A DNA stretch of 64,000 nt from the human T2T-CHM13v2.0 reference genome, Homo sapiens: NCBI RefSeq assembly GCF_009914755.1, contig NC_060947.1; one strand, 5' to 3'. Numbering within the stretch: position 1 is the stretch's first letter; each line of letters starts with the position of its first letter. The translations under genes were made by a program, and so were the position numbers. This document shows positions 28,201 through 48,547 of the stretch, piece by piece. Under the pieces are notes generated by a model. The model was given only the letters and a program-made list of their open reading frames with translations. It was not told where the DNA came from and ran no database searches.

Positions 28201-28916
28201 GTCCGTAAACGATTTTATCCTGTGCATATCTCGCTGCTAACATATAGTAAGGCTTGGAAATTTCCTTTTGGGGTTATCTTGGGAGGCTTTTCCTATTCCT
28301 TTATTATGTGACCCTCTGTTAGAATATATATAGGGGCAACTCTAGGCAAAATTCTGAGACAAAGAAACTTCACTGTCTTCATTACCTGATTCACTCTAGG
28401 TGGTCCCTCCCTCTACTTCAAATATGCTCACTGTCTGCCCTTTCTGTGAAGACTAAAGTAGGGAATCAGTAATGGTAGAGTTTCAGGCACCGAGAGTAGA
28501 ATTGGCTTTAGGGTAGGATGTTACTCTCAGTGCTCCTTATTTCACAGCCTCATGAAGCCATCTCTGAAGAAATGGGAAAATGACTAAATAATGTTCTTTC
28601 TGACTCCAGAAAAAAGTATAGACAGATAGTAATTCCAGATAAAAAAGAAGTGGATAAAGTTATTCAGAACTGATTTCATAGTCAAGAAGAAAAACCCTTT
28701 TAACCCAGAAACTGGGAATGACTGTATTTTTTTTTTTTTTTTTTACTGTTAACACCTGAAGACATAGCAGTTTTTGAGAAACATCCTTTAAGGAGCTGCT
28801 TACTTTTCACACTAGACTCTATTTTTGAAATTATGTAAGCCTTAACGTGTTTTTAGAAAAGGTACTGCAGGCATGATTGTGGTAGAAGTGCAACTAAAAA
28901 AGAAAACAGAGTAGAG

Positions 28917-35105
<6,189 letters not shown>

Positions 35106-35269
35106 TTCTTTTTCTTTTAGCAGGAATAAAATAGGAAATCTTAGATTACACTTTAATGCTGCCACATCTTGGAACATCTGTCACGAGAACTCTAGGGAGC
35201 CAGGGGTGCAGGTGAGGAATGATAAGAAAATTCTTATTAGACATTTTAACCAAGACTTGTTTCTTGTTG

Positions 35270-35517
35270 GTAAAGAGAAATGAACAAAGCCTCCAAGAAA
35301 TATAGGACTATGTGAAAAGACCAAATCTACGTCTGATTGGTGTACCTGAAAGTGATGGGGAGAATGGAAACAAGTTGGAAAACACTCTGCAGGATATTAT
35401 CCAGGAGAACTTCCCCAATCTAGCAAGACAGGCCAACATTCAAATTCGGGAAATACAGAGAACACCACAAAGATACTCCTCAAGAAGAGCAACCCCAAGA
35501 CACATAATCATCAGATT
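35270..35517 (+). mobile_element. Isolated 248-bp L1 ORF1 fragment, inverted near-identical copy of 33393-33640
   Basis: By manual comparison 5 mismatches in 248 bp; same peptide KRPNLRLIGVPESDGE.GNKLENTLQDIIQENFPNLARQANIQIREIQRTPQRY; no poly(A) or TSD seen. Confidence 0.9.
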
Positions 35518-35629
35518 ACGTTGCATTGTGATCAAACCACTTTTGGAAATATTGCAAACAGACAAGCTGAAAAAAAAGGTGTATCTTGCTGTGGTTAACC
35601 CTGAAATTGAGCAAGAAGAAGCCAATGGT

Positions 35630-35963
<334 letters not shown>

Positions 35964-36207
35964 TCATTTAAGAATAGACACAGATCTGTTTGGTTATTGA
36001 AAGACTACACAGTGGCAATACTGCACTCGCTTATTGCCAAACTGACTAACTGGGGTTTCAGATTTGATGTTCCTTTTAGATGTATTTTGTAAGTAACTTA
36101 GTAAAAGACTGAATTGGCAGCTTTAAATGCTGTTTGTTCACTCCTCATCCACTCCACTGTTAAATCATTTGACACAGAGTAGGCAAAGACAGGGTCATTA
36201 CTTTTCT

Positions 36208-36516
36208 TTTTTTTCTTTTCTTTTTTTTTTTTTTTTGAGACAGAGTCTCGTTCTGCCGCCCAGGCTGGAGTGCAGTGGCGAGATCTGGGCTCACTGCAAG
36301 CTCCACCTCCTGGGTTCAGGCCATTCTCCTGCATCAGCCTCCTGGTAGCTGGGACTTCAGGTGCCTGACACCACGCCCGGCTAATTTTTTGTATTTTTAG
36401 TGGAGACGGGGTTTCACCATGTTAGTCAGGATGGTCTCGATCTCCTGACCTCGTTATCCGCCCGCCTCGGCTTCCCAAAGTGCTGGGATTACAGGCGTGA
36501 GCCACCGCTCCTGGCC
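36208..36516 (-). mobile_element. AluY
   Basis: ctgcaagctcc, gccattctcc, gttagtcaggatgg diagnostics; TSD cagggtcattacttttct / caggctcattacttttct. Confidence 0.95.
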
Positions 36517-38047
36517 CAGGCTCATTACTTTTCTAAAATGAAGAGTGACCCTTCCTAGGGTAGCATTTGAAATAAATGGAGCCAAATGGAGGGAGACTCC
36601 GTATCTGAATTTCTCTTTGAGGAAGTTGACTGAGTCAGTCAAAAATTATAACCTGTTTGGAAAAAGACAAATACACATACACACCATGATTTATTTATAG
36701 AGTTCGATTATATGTAATAATTCAGTAGGAGAAATTGTGAGCATCCATTTAGAAAGTTTCCAAGTTTATTTTGTAATACTGTACCTTCATTGTTCTAGTT
36801 CAATATGCTGTCACCTTTGTGAGCTCAGTTTCTACCGTTGGCCAGTTATATTAAATTTTATTAAGTATGTCATCCTTTCACCAGAACTATAGATTGTATG
36901 CAATATAGAAGGATTAAAAATCTAACATTTGTGCTCTCCTTATTAAGCTTAGTCTAAGTGGCATTGCTAATAGCAATAAATGCTTGTTCTCTCTTCTCTC
37001 ATTGGCGTTGCCATTCTCTTGGCTCCTCTCACCTAACAACCTTGTATTGTTGTCTTAGCTTCTTATTTAAATACGCTATTGTAATTGAACTTTTAAATAT
37101 ATCTATTTCTAATCTCTCCCAATAGATTGTAATGTGAGGAAGGGATCACGCCTATTTATCTTTAGCTAGTTTAGAGAGTCTAACAAAGTTCATTGAGAGT
37201 CACTTAAGAGACACTCAAGAAATATTGTTGAATTACTTCTGACAATCATTTTATATTTTAGCACATCATAGTCAAGAACTTCTGTCAATGTTAATTAACT
37301 GTTAGTAGAGAAAGTGTGATAGAGGTTGATCATTAAAAAAGGCAAAATTCCCACTTTGGTTAAATGGTTTTTTTTTTTTTTTTTGGAAGGTCGACACTTT
37401 CTTTTATAAAAAGGGTATTTTCCCATTTGAAGCATCATTGGTGAAGTTTTGATCTTTCTTTGGTATTTGCAACATTCACACTGGCACCTTCTAAAGCAGA
37501 AACTTTGTCACTCCCCTTTTTTGAAAGAAACTTGACCCTTAGCATGACAGAAAGGGAGCTTGCTAAGACTTGTGGGAAGACAACTGTTTACTCCAGGAAA
37601 CAATTGTTTAATGTACCTGCTCTGTGTCTTTGGAGAGAAGAATACCCTGAATCTCAAAAATCTAACATGTGGACAGAAATGACTTGGAATTCTTTCGGTA
37701 GAGGTGAGGGGTGTGGTTTACTGTTTGAAAAATATTTATTTAAATTCCTGGACAGTGCATTGTCCACTTGCAAATGCATTTATTTGCTGAAAAGGGTATC
37801 AATAGCCTTTTAACTCCAAAGTCATTTTTATCCTGGAAGAAATTTAAATTTTATTTCTAAATGAACCCTTGTGACACCTATTCCTCTTGGTTCTGGCAAT
37901 ATATGGTTTTCAGTCTCATGCATTCACTGTGTCCCCTTATTTTAAGTCCTATTAGGGAAATTAGGAAATTACCATCACCAGATGCTCCCTTATAAGTGTG
38001 TGTTATAGTGAACATGTGCCTATAGGTGTATAAGAAAGACAATAATT

Positions 38048-38321
38048 GGCTGGGTGCAGTGGCTCATGCCTGTAATCCCAGCACTTTGGGAGGCCAAGTT
38101 GGACAGATCATGAGGTCAGGAGTTCGAGACCAGCCTGATCAACATGGTGAAACCCCGTCTCTACTAAAAATACAAAAATTAGCCGGGTTTGGTGGTGTGC
38201 GCCTGTAATCCCAGCTACTCAGGAGGCTGAGGCAGAAGAAATCACTTGAAGTGAGCTGAGATCACGCCACTGCACTCTAGCCTGGGCGACAGAGCTAGAC
38301 TCTGTCTCAGAAAAAAAAAAA
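38048..38321 (+). mobile_element. AluS with ~20-bp deletion in the right arm
   Basis: Dimer; cacttgaa joined directly to gtgagctgag; flanks share caataatt. Confidence 0.9.
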
Positions 38322-38351
38322 GCAATAATTATTTATATATTAGAAATCTCC

Positions 38352-38448
38352 ACTTGAGTGCAGGAGTTTGAAGCTGCAGTGATGCAAGCTCATGATACTG
38401 CATTCCAGCCTGGGTGAAACAGCAAGACCCTATCTTGGAAAAAAAAAA
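38352..38448 (+). mobile_element. Old Alu (J/FRAM) 3' fragment
   Basis: cacttgagtgcaggagtttgaagctgcagtga..ccagcctggg..A-tail. Confidence 0.75.
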
Positions 38449-39002
38449 TTAAAGGAATAGATTCCTTCTTGGAAATAAACTTAATATGTGAAATTTTGGA
38501 CTTGAAAATTTGATCAAGTTAGGAAACATTTTTTTTTAACTTTCCCTGAAGATTCAAAGCTGAACAAAAGTTCATATTTGACATGGCAGAACCTATTAGC
38601 AAAGTGTGATTATGGCCAATTCTGTTCAGCTTTATGGAGATGTAGAACACACTAGTAGGTATGTGTACTTGTCATCAGGCAATCTCAGGGCATGGGAGAA
38701 ATACTTGGTCATTACTCTCCAACTGATGGCTGGAGAGTAATTACTTCAGTGAAGGTACACTATCATGCCTAGTGATACCAGGCCTGGCGACCATTTTAAC
38801 TTAGCACAGTGAGTCATGTTCTCGACAAAGTAAGCATTCAATAAGGTAGGAAAAGCCTCAAAAAATAATTTATCTTAAAGGTCCTCTGCTCATGCAAATG
38901 TGACTGATGACATTCTGCCAGGGTCATGTATGTAAAATTCTTAGCATGTCTCTTCACTCATTCAAAAAAAAAAATCTGTTGGAATGCAAGTTCCCTCAAA
39001 GT

Positions 39003-39115
39003 ATGGGGTTTTCACACGTTGCCCAGGCCAGTCTCGAATTCCTGGGCTCAAGCAATCCTCCTGCTTCAGCCTCCCAAAATGCTGGGATTACAGATGAGAG
39101 CCACCGTGCCCAGCC
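39003..39115 (-). mobile_element. Alu left-arm monomer (FLAM/AluJ)
   Basis: gttgcccaggcc..cctgggctcaagcaatcctc..gctgggattacag..gagccaccgtgcccagcc. Confidence 0.85.
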
Positions 39116-40001
39116 TTGAAAGTACAGTCTTAATAGGACATCTTTATATCTACTCAAATTTGTAAATATGCTAATGATCGACAAATTACTTGACACAATT
39201 GACATTGACTGAACCCACCTACTGTACCTCAGAAATTGAAACCATTGATTTAATGGAACCTTTCATCAAGTGCATTAGTCCACTAGGCACTCCTATTTAT
39301 TGAGTTTTACATTGATTTTTCTCAGTTCAAAAGAGGGCATATGTTACATTTAGGAATGAAAGTTTGATTTTATAAGCCAATTAAAAAACAGAATTCCCAT
39401 TAGAAAAATTACCTTGTAGCAAGTTTTGCTAGATTCTAACTGATCTTTAAAGAGGGACATTCAGTACCCTAATCTAAATAGCATTGAAAACTTTCCGTTT
39501 CTTTTGGGAGAAATTGAGAATTATTTTCCCGAGTTTATGTGATGAGAGAGAAAATTATTTAATCACAATCACGAGCAACTTAGAAAGACAAAAACACAAC
39601 TTTTATGCATATATGCATGTATGTGGGGGTAGATGGAGGGGTGTAAATCCAGAGAGGGACTTGATTGTGAGTTTCTTATTTTGCATTTTTATTCTCATTG
39701 GCAGACAGATTTATTTTATTTTATTTTTTGATGACAACACTCCATGTGTCTTTATTTTAATGTGATTCCATGAAGAAACTTGCTTATTGATTACGGTCCT
39801 ATAACTCAGAAATGTTAAGTTATGGTTTTAAATAGGGGTTAATTACCATTGATGTGTGAATACAGGTTCTAAAAGAAATGCATGTCGGAAGAGAAACTGA
39901 ACTGAATAGTATTAATTTTACTGTTTTCAAAGCTCTCTTCTAGCTATGATAAGGAGACAGAATACATGTGCCATCTCCACCTGGTTATCTAGATGAACAT
40001 A

Positions 40002-40081
40002 TTAGGTTGGTGCAAAGGTAATTGCAGTTTTTGCTATTGAAGGTAATGACCAAAACTGCAATTACTTTTGCACCAACCTAA
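40002..40081. mobile_element. MADE1 (Hsmar1-derived MITE), 80 bp
   Basis: TIRs ttaggttggtgcaaa.gtaattgc / gcaattacttttgcaccaacctaa; TA TSD at 40000-40001 and 40082-40083. Confidence 0.95.
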
Positions 40082-40700
40082 TACATAATACACATAAAAG
40101 ATACCTTAGCAGCACATGATAAGGGCTAATGAATGGTACAGATATATTGCAAACTTTATAGTTTGTAGGATTAGCTAATATATTCTTGTTCAGTTTCTGT
40201 TTTGAACACTGAAAATTGAGACTTGAATGACTCTTGAAGCCTGTGCACTTTGTCAAGGAAAGATTCATTTCTATTGCATATACAATTCTTGTTAAGATGG
40301 GAAGCAGACGCATCATTTGGAAAAAACTTTCTTGAAAGGCTGAAACTAAGAGAGGCTTGTAGAGTATCAGAAAACATAACTTTTCACTGCACATAATTTG
40401 GAGTTAACTGCATTTTTAGATATTGATATGCATCAGTTAGTTTTGCATGTACATCATTAAATAATGAAAATTTTCAATGGAAAAAAAAAAGAGAAATTCA
40501 ACTTGATAAAAGGACCAGTGGACCAAAAGCTCTTCAATATACTTGTGAGGCATTATTAACAATACAATAATAAAGAGTGAAAATCATATAACTTCTGTGA
40601 AACCACAATCTTTGTTCTGTCTGAATTCATTTCTGCCAGCTCACAAACATTTGACTTTTGTTGAATTTGGAAAATACGGTTTCTTGTCCTTTGGTCCTAG

Positions 40701-41054
<354 letters not shown>

Positions 41055-41693
41055 TAAATATGTTTGCTATTGATTATGCATCACAGCCAAATTTAGGAAA
41101 GTTTATTTGTTACTTTTTGAGAATGTGTTGTGGCTTATAAGATGACAGTAGGAATCCCAACCAAATTTAGTCATGTGAAGATTCTCTTGCATTCCCCAGG
41201 TTGAAACCTCTTAGCAGTTTGGTTGCTCTTCTGGTCATGCATCATGGACATCTCATTGCCTTTCTCAAAACACAGCAAAGATTAACTATTCTTCTGGCCT
41301 TGGGCATGTCTAGCTAATATCTAGTCTATTGTAGGCTCTGAGAAAATCTCAACCTAAATGAATAATGGAACAGAAATATGGTGAATGGAAACAACAGTGT
41401 CTGACCAGAAATAAACATCTTCTTACTGGGAAATAGGTGGCTGTTTTGCATGGTGGAGGAAGCTGCAGGCAGAGTTAAATTCCATGTGATGTGGAATAAA
41501 TCATTCTGCAGTTTTTGTGACATAGAATAGCATACTTTTCAACCTATATTAAATAAGATCCAGAAGCCTTGCCTCTTTATTACTCCTTATTCCTTCCAGA
41601 ATTCTAGTATTATGGAAGTTAGTCTCTCTGTCCCCAAGGAGGTAGATGATTCTGTCGACCAGTCAGGTCATTCTGAATAAATCTCCTTTTTTT

Positions 41694-42019
<326 letters not shown>

Positions 42020-42047
42020 TAATTCATCTTATCTTCTTTTCATCAAG

Positions 42048-42128
42048 GACTATGATGCCTTCTTTGAAGCCAGAGAAAATAATGCAGTGTATGCCTTCTT
42101 AGGCTTGACAGCCCCACCTGGTTCAAAG
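42048..42128 (+). CDS. SH3BGRL: SH3BGRL coding exon 3 (81 nt, phase 0-0)
   Basis: ttttcatcaag|GAC acceptor, AAG|gtatga donor; [27 protein letters not shown] (too short for the ORF track). Confidence 0.97.
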
Positions 42129-43054
42129 GTATGATACCCTTTTTTTCCTGTTTTATAGGTCATTTTATTGCTGCTGAACTTTTTTAATCAGTAAGATTTT
42201 CATTTTTGTTAAGTATTCAAATTAAGTCAGAGACAATCCTTTATAGCAAAAAGTGCCTTCTCTGCATCCACTTAATTCCTATTAGGGCAGAAAGATGTGC
42301 ATAACCAAATGCATAAACTATGTGTTTAGCAGGTAGGTAGAGTGACTTCCCCATCAAGCTGCCCATGGGAGCAAATTTCTCATTGACCTATGCACAGATA
42401 AGTGCTTAGCAATTTTAAAGCCTTCATTATTCCAGCTGTCCTGCATGGTTCTACATCGACAGTAAGCATCTTAGTTCATGGTAATCTCCTTGGCAGCACT
42501 TATTGTCTTTGTGTGAGAGCAAATGATAGAGTCATCCATTCAAGTTAATTAAGAGCATCTGCATTGCAAAACTGGTCACTAAATTGCTCGCCAAATTTGA
42601 GGCTTTTTTCCTGCCAACACAAATTAATTTTTTAAGTAGCAGCATTTTCAGGAGAGACCAAATAAAGAAAGCAACAATAAAGTTGCCTGTCTAGTGAGAT
42701 GTCCCCAAACTATCAACTTTAAACATACCTTTGCCTTTTATAGTAGTTCTTCACACAAACTGCCTTAATCAAAATGCGTGTCTCTTGCTCTGTCATTTTA
42801 TGTTTTGCTCTTAGCAACTAATTGTATGTTAGACAGATTCTTTGAACTCCAATTCCCTCTCCTATTTTAAAAGGCTGTGTTATTGTCTGTTTTCACTAGA
42901 CAAAAATTTACTAGTACTGTGTTCATGTCATTGTAAAATGGTTTTCTTGCCGAACTTTCTTTTCCCATGGATAAAATCTTATATTTTAGGCTTTGTACAA
43001 TTTGAGCCATAAGAAAAGTGAGGTAAGGCACTTTTCTTTAAATAAGATAGAGTA

Positions 43055-46000
43055 CTAGATTGCAGCATCTGCAATCCAGACAGAGCAGCATCTGGAGGCT
43101 TGCATTGTGCATTTTAGCCCCAAATAGACTGCAAGAACAAACCAGCAATCCTGAGAGGACCCACAGACCCTCTCAAGGAAGTGGACTGCTCATGTAGGAC
43201 TCAGGAGACACCCCAAATACTGTGAGTGCCCCAACTGAGGAAGTGGAAAAGGGAGACCCTCCTCTCCCGAACAGATACCCTCACTGGAGAAACTGAAGGT
43301 CTGTTTGCGGGAGAAGTTTCCAACTTTACCTGGAGCTGAGTCAAGTTAGAGAGCCCAGCGAAATACAGGGGTAAAGGAAGCAACAGGAAGGCCCTGGTAT
43401 CTCGCTGGGTCCCCAGGCAGCTCATTTCTGCCTGGCACCATAGGGATCCATCGGGAGGGTGGCCAGAGGAGCAGGGGTTAAAACTCCACAGAAAGAAGGA
43501 ATTCTCTAGCCAAATTTTGTAACAATTCGAAAGGGGAAGAAGCCTCCTGGCCAGAACTCGGGGGAGGGTGCAAATCTCGCTTGCAGACTTCACAGGCAAG
43601 GGAAGAACCAAAACCCTTTTCTTTCGCAGCTGGGAGGTGGATAGCCTTGGGTGAATTTTTAAGCCCCTCTTGCCCTCCACCTGGAAACAGACTCAGGGCT
43701 GTTGGACGGGGGCTTGGTGGAAGTGAGACCAACCCTTCGGTTTACCTGGGAGCTGAGTGAGGCCTGTGACTGCTGATTTTACAGGACTTCCCTGACAATC
43801 TGCCTGACTCAGCAGAGGAAGCCATCCTAGGTATAGAACTCCAGTGACCTGGGAATCTCACCCCCACCCCTCACAGCAGCCACAGCAAGACCCACCCGAG
43901 GAGAGTCTGAGCTCAGACATGCCCAGCCCCTCCCCCACCTGATGGTCCTTCCCTTTCCACCCTGGTAGTGGAAGACAAAGAGCATATAATCTTGGAAGTT
44001 CTAGGGCCCTGCCTACTGCGGGTCCCTCTCCGCAATACTACAGCTGATGGTTTCTGGAAAGCGCCACCTCCTGGCCAACCAGCATAAAAATAGAGCATTA
44101 AACCACCAAAGCTTAGGACCCTCACGGAGTCCATTGCACCCTCCACCTCCTCCACCAGACCAGGCACTGGTATGCATGGCTGAGAGACCCATAGATGGTT
44201 CACATCGCAGGACTCTGTGCAGACAACCGCCAGTACCAACCAGGATCTGGGTAGACTCGCTGGGTAGCTAGACCCAGAAGAGAGACAACAATCACTGCAG
44301 TTTGGCTCACAGAAGCCACATCCATAGGAAAAGGGGGAGAGTACTACATCAAGGGAGCACCCCATGGGACAAAATAATCTGAACAACAGCCTTCAGCCTT
44401 AGACCTTCCCTCTGACAGAGCCTACCCAAGTGAGAAGGAACCAGAAAACCAACAGTGGTAATATGACAAAACAGTTCCCTTCAACATCTGCAAAAAAATC
44501 ACACTAGCTCACCAGCAATGATCCAAATCAAGAAGAAATCCCTGATTTACCTGAATAAGAATTCAGGGGGTTAGTTATTAAGCTAATCAGGGAGGGAACA
44601 GAGAAAGGCAAAGCCCAATGCAAGGAAATCCAAAAAATGATACGAGAAGTAAAGGGAGAAATATTCAATGAAATAGACAGTGTAAGGAAAAAAACAATAA
44701 AAAATTCAGGAAACTTTGGATGCACTTTTAGAAACACGAAATGCTTTGGAAAGTCTCAGCAATAGAATTGAACAAGTAGAAGAAAGAAATTAAGAGCTCA
44801 AAGACAAGGTCTTTGAATTAACCCAATCCAACAAAGACAAAGAAAAAAGAATAAGAAAATACGAACAAAGCCTCCAAGAAGTCTGAGATTATGTTAAATG
44901 ACCAAACCTAAGAATAATTGGAGTTCCTGAGGAAGAAGAGAATTCTAAAATCTTGGAAAACATATTTGGGGGAATAATCAAGGAAAACTTCCCTGGCCTA
45001 GCTAGATATATATACATCCAAATACAAGAAGCACAAAGAACACCTGGGAAATCCATTCCAAAAAGATCTTCGCCTTAGGCACACTGTCATCAGGTTATCC
45101 AAAGTTAAGACAAAGGAAATAAGAGCTGTGAGACAGAAGCACTAGGTAACCTATAAAGGAAAACCTATCAGATTAACTGCAGATTTCTCAGCAAAAACCC
45201 TACAAGCTAGAAGGCATTAAGGCCCTATCTTCAGCCTCCTTAAACAAAATGATTATCAGCCAACAATTTTGTATCCAGTGAAATTAAGCATCATATATGA
45301 AGGAAAGATTCAGCTCTTTTCAGACAAACAAATGCTGAGAGAATTCGCCATTATCAAGCCACCACTACAGGAGCTCTAAATCTTGAAAGGAATCCTGGAA
45401 ACACATCAAAACAGAACCTCTTTAAGGCATAAATCACACAGGACCTATAAAACAAAAATACAAGCTTGAAAGCAAAAGCAAAAAACAACAATGAAAAAAT
45501 CTAGAGTACACAGGCAACAAAGAGCACAATGAATGCAATGGTACCTCACATTTCCATGCTATCATTGAATGTAAATGGCTTAAATGCTTCACTTGAAAGA
45601 TACAGAACTGCAGAATGGATAAGAACTCGCCAACCAACTATCTGCTGCCTTCAGGAGACTCACCTAACACATAAGGAGGCACATAAAGTAAAGGGGTGGA
45701 AAAAGGTGTTTCATGCATGTGGACACCAAATGAGAGTGGGGCAACTATTCTTATAACAGACAAAACAAACTTTAAAGCAACAGTGGTAAAAGAGACAAAG
45801 AGGGACATTATATAATGGTGAAAGACCTTATCCAACAGGAAAATATCACAATCTTAAACATATATGCACCTAACACTGGAGCTTTCAAATTTATAAAACA
45901 ATTACTAATAGACCCAAGAAATGAGATAGACAGCAACACAATAATAGTGGGGGAATTCAATATCCCACTGACAGCACTAGACAGGTCATCAACACAGAAA

Positions 46001-48048
46001 GTCAACAAAGAAACAATGGATTTAAACTCTACCTTGGAGCAAATGAACTTAACAGATATATACAGAACATTTTATCCAACTGCAGAATACACATTCTATT
46101 CAACAGCACATGGAACTTTCTCCAACATAGACCATATGATAGGCCATAAAATGAGCCTCAATAAATTTAAGAAAATTGATATTATATCAAGCACTTTCTG
46201 AGACCACAGTGGAATAAAACTGGAAATCAACTCCAAAAGGAACCTTCAAAACCATGGAAATACATGGAAATTAAATAACCTGCTCCTGAATGAGCATTGG
46301 GTTAAAAACAAAATCAAGATGGAAATTAAAAAATTCTTTAAACTGAATGACAGTAATGACACAACCTATCAAAACCTCTGGGATACAGCAAAGGTGGTGC
46401 TAAGAGGAAAGTTTATGGCCCTAAACGCCTACATCAAAAAGTCTGAAAGAGCACAAACAATCTAAGGTCACACTTCAAAGAACTAAAGAAACAAGAACAA
46501 ACCAAACCCAAACCCAGAAGAAGAAAGAAATAACCAAGATCAGAACATAACTAAATTAAATTGAAACAAAAAAATACAAAAGATAAAATGAAACAAAAAG
46601 CTGGTTCTTTGAAAAGATTAAAATGGATAGACCATTAGCAAGATTAACCAAGAAAAGAATAAAGGAAATCCAAATAACTTCACTAAGAAATGAAACAGGA
46701 AATATTATAACTGACACCACTGAAATACATAAGATCATTCAAGGCTAATATGAACACCTCTATGCGCATAAACTAGAAAACCTAGAAGAGAATGGATAAA
46801 TTCCTGGAAAAATATCACTTTCCTAGCTTAAATCAGAAAGAATCAGATACATTTAAAAGACCAATAACAGGCATCAAGATTGAAATGGTAATTTAAAAAT
46901 TACCAACCAAAAAGTCCAGGATTAGCCTGATTCACAGCAGAATTCTACTAGACTTTCAAAGAAGAATTAATACCAATCTGTTGGACTCTATTCCACAAGA
47001 TAATGAAAGAAGGAACCCTCTCTAACTCATTCTATGAAGCCAGCATCACCCTAATACCAAAATCAGGAAAGGACACAACCAAAAAAGAAAACTACACACC
47101 AATATCCTTGATGAACATAGATGCTAAAATCCTTAAGAGAATACTAGTTAACTGAATCCAACAAAAAAGCAAAAAGATAATCCACCATGATCAAATGGGT
47201 TTCATACCAGGGATGCAGGGATGGTTTAACACACACAAGTCAATAAATGTGATGCACCACATAAACAGAATTAAAAACAAAAGTTACATAATCAGCTCAA
47301 TAGATGCAGAAAAAGCATTCAACAAAATCCAGCATCACTTTATGATTAAAACTCTCAGCAAAATCAGCATACAAGGGACATACCTTAATGTAATAAAAGC
47401 CACCTATGACAAACCCACAGCCAACATAATACAGAATGGGGAAAAGTTGAAAGCATTCCCACTGAGAACTAGAGCAAGACATGGATGCCCACTGTCACCA
47501 CTACTCTTCAACATGGTACTGGAAGTCTTAGCCATTGCAATCAGACAAGAGAAAGAAATAAAGGGCATCCAAATTGGTAAAAAGGAAGTCAATTGGTCAC
47601 TGTTTGCTGATGATAGGATCATTTATCTTGAAAACCCTAAGGACTCCTCCAGAAAGCTCCCAGAACGATAAAAGAATTCAGCAAAATTTCCAGATCCAAG
47701 ATTAATATACACAAATCAGTAGCTCTTCTATACACCAACAGTGACCAAGTGGAGAATCAAATCAAGAACTCAACCCCTTTTATGTTAGCTGAAAAAAAAA
47801 ACCCACTTAGGAATATACCTAACCAAGGAGTAGAAAGACCTCTACAAGGAAAACTGCAAAACACTGCTGAAAGAAATCATAGATAACACAAAAATGGAAA
47901 CACATCCCATGCTCATGGATGGATACAATCAATATTGTGAAAATGACCAAACTGCCAAAAGCAATCTACAAATTCAATGCAATTCCCATTAAAATACCAC
48001 TATCCTTCTTCATAGAAAAAAATCCTAAAATTCATATGAAATCAAAAA
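43055..48048 (+). mobile_element. L1PB-like LINE-1: 5' UTR, decayed ORF1, ORF2 EN+RT; 3' end absent
   Basis: ORF2 start MNAMVPHISMLSLNVNGLN..CCLQETHL (45529), [23 protein letters not shown]; homology stops abruptly at ~48048 with no poly(A). Confidence 0.9.
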
Positions 48049-48510
48049 GTGATTGAGAGGGCCTAAAATGGGACAGCAGTTTTGGAAAGGAAAAGATGGA
48101 TTTAGGAGCCTCCCCCCACCAAAAAAAAAAAAAGTTACAGGATTTAGGAATTAATGAGTTGCTTGTGCCTGTAAAGACCTGAGCGGGATTAAAGCTAGCC
48201 ATGGGATCTCTAACCTTGGTGATTGGGAAATGAAGAAAAGATCATGGAGGAAATAGAAAAGTCAGTGATCCAGGGAAGAAGTTAGCCTTGGAAATAGCAT
48301 GTGGTGTTCTGAGAGTGGATGAAATTAGGAGAAAGGAATAAAAATAAAGAGAAATTTTAATGTGTGGGAAGGTTAGGGAAAGTCAGATTTGAAAGTATAA
48401 GGCAGGAGGAAAACTTATCCGCAAGGAGTGAGGGGAAATTTGAAACATTAGATCCCTGAGGAGAATTGAACAGATTCAGTTGAAAATTGGCTAGGGAATA
48501 GGCTAAGATC

Positions 48511-48547
48511 ATAAATAAATAAATAAATAAACAGACAAATAAATAAA
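48511..48547. repeat. (TAAA)n simple repeat
   Basis: ataaataaataaataaataa.. Confidence 0.8.
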
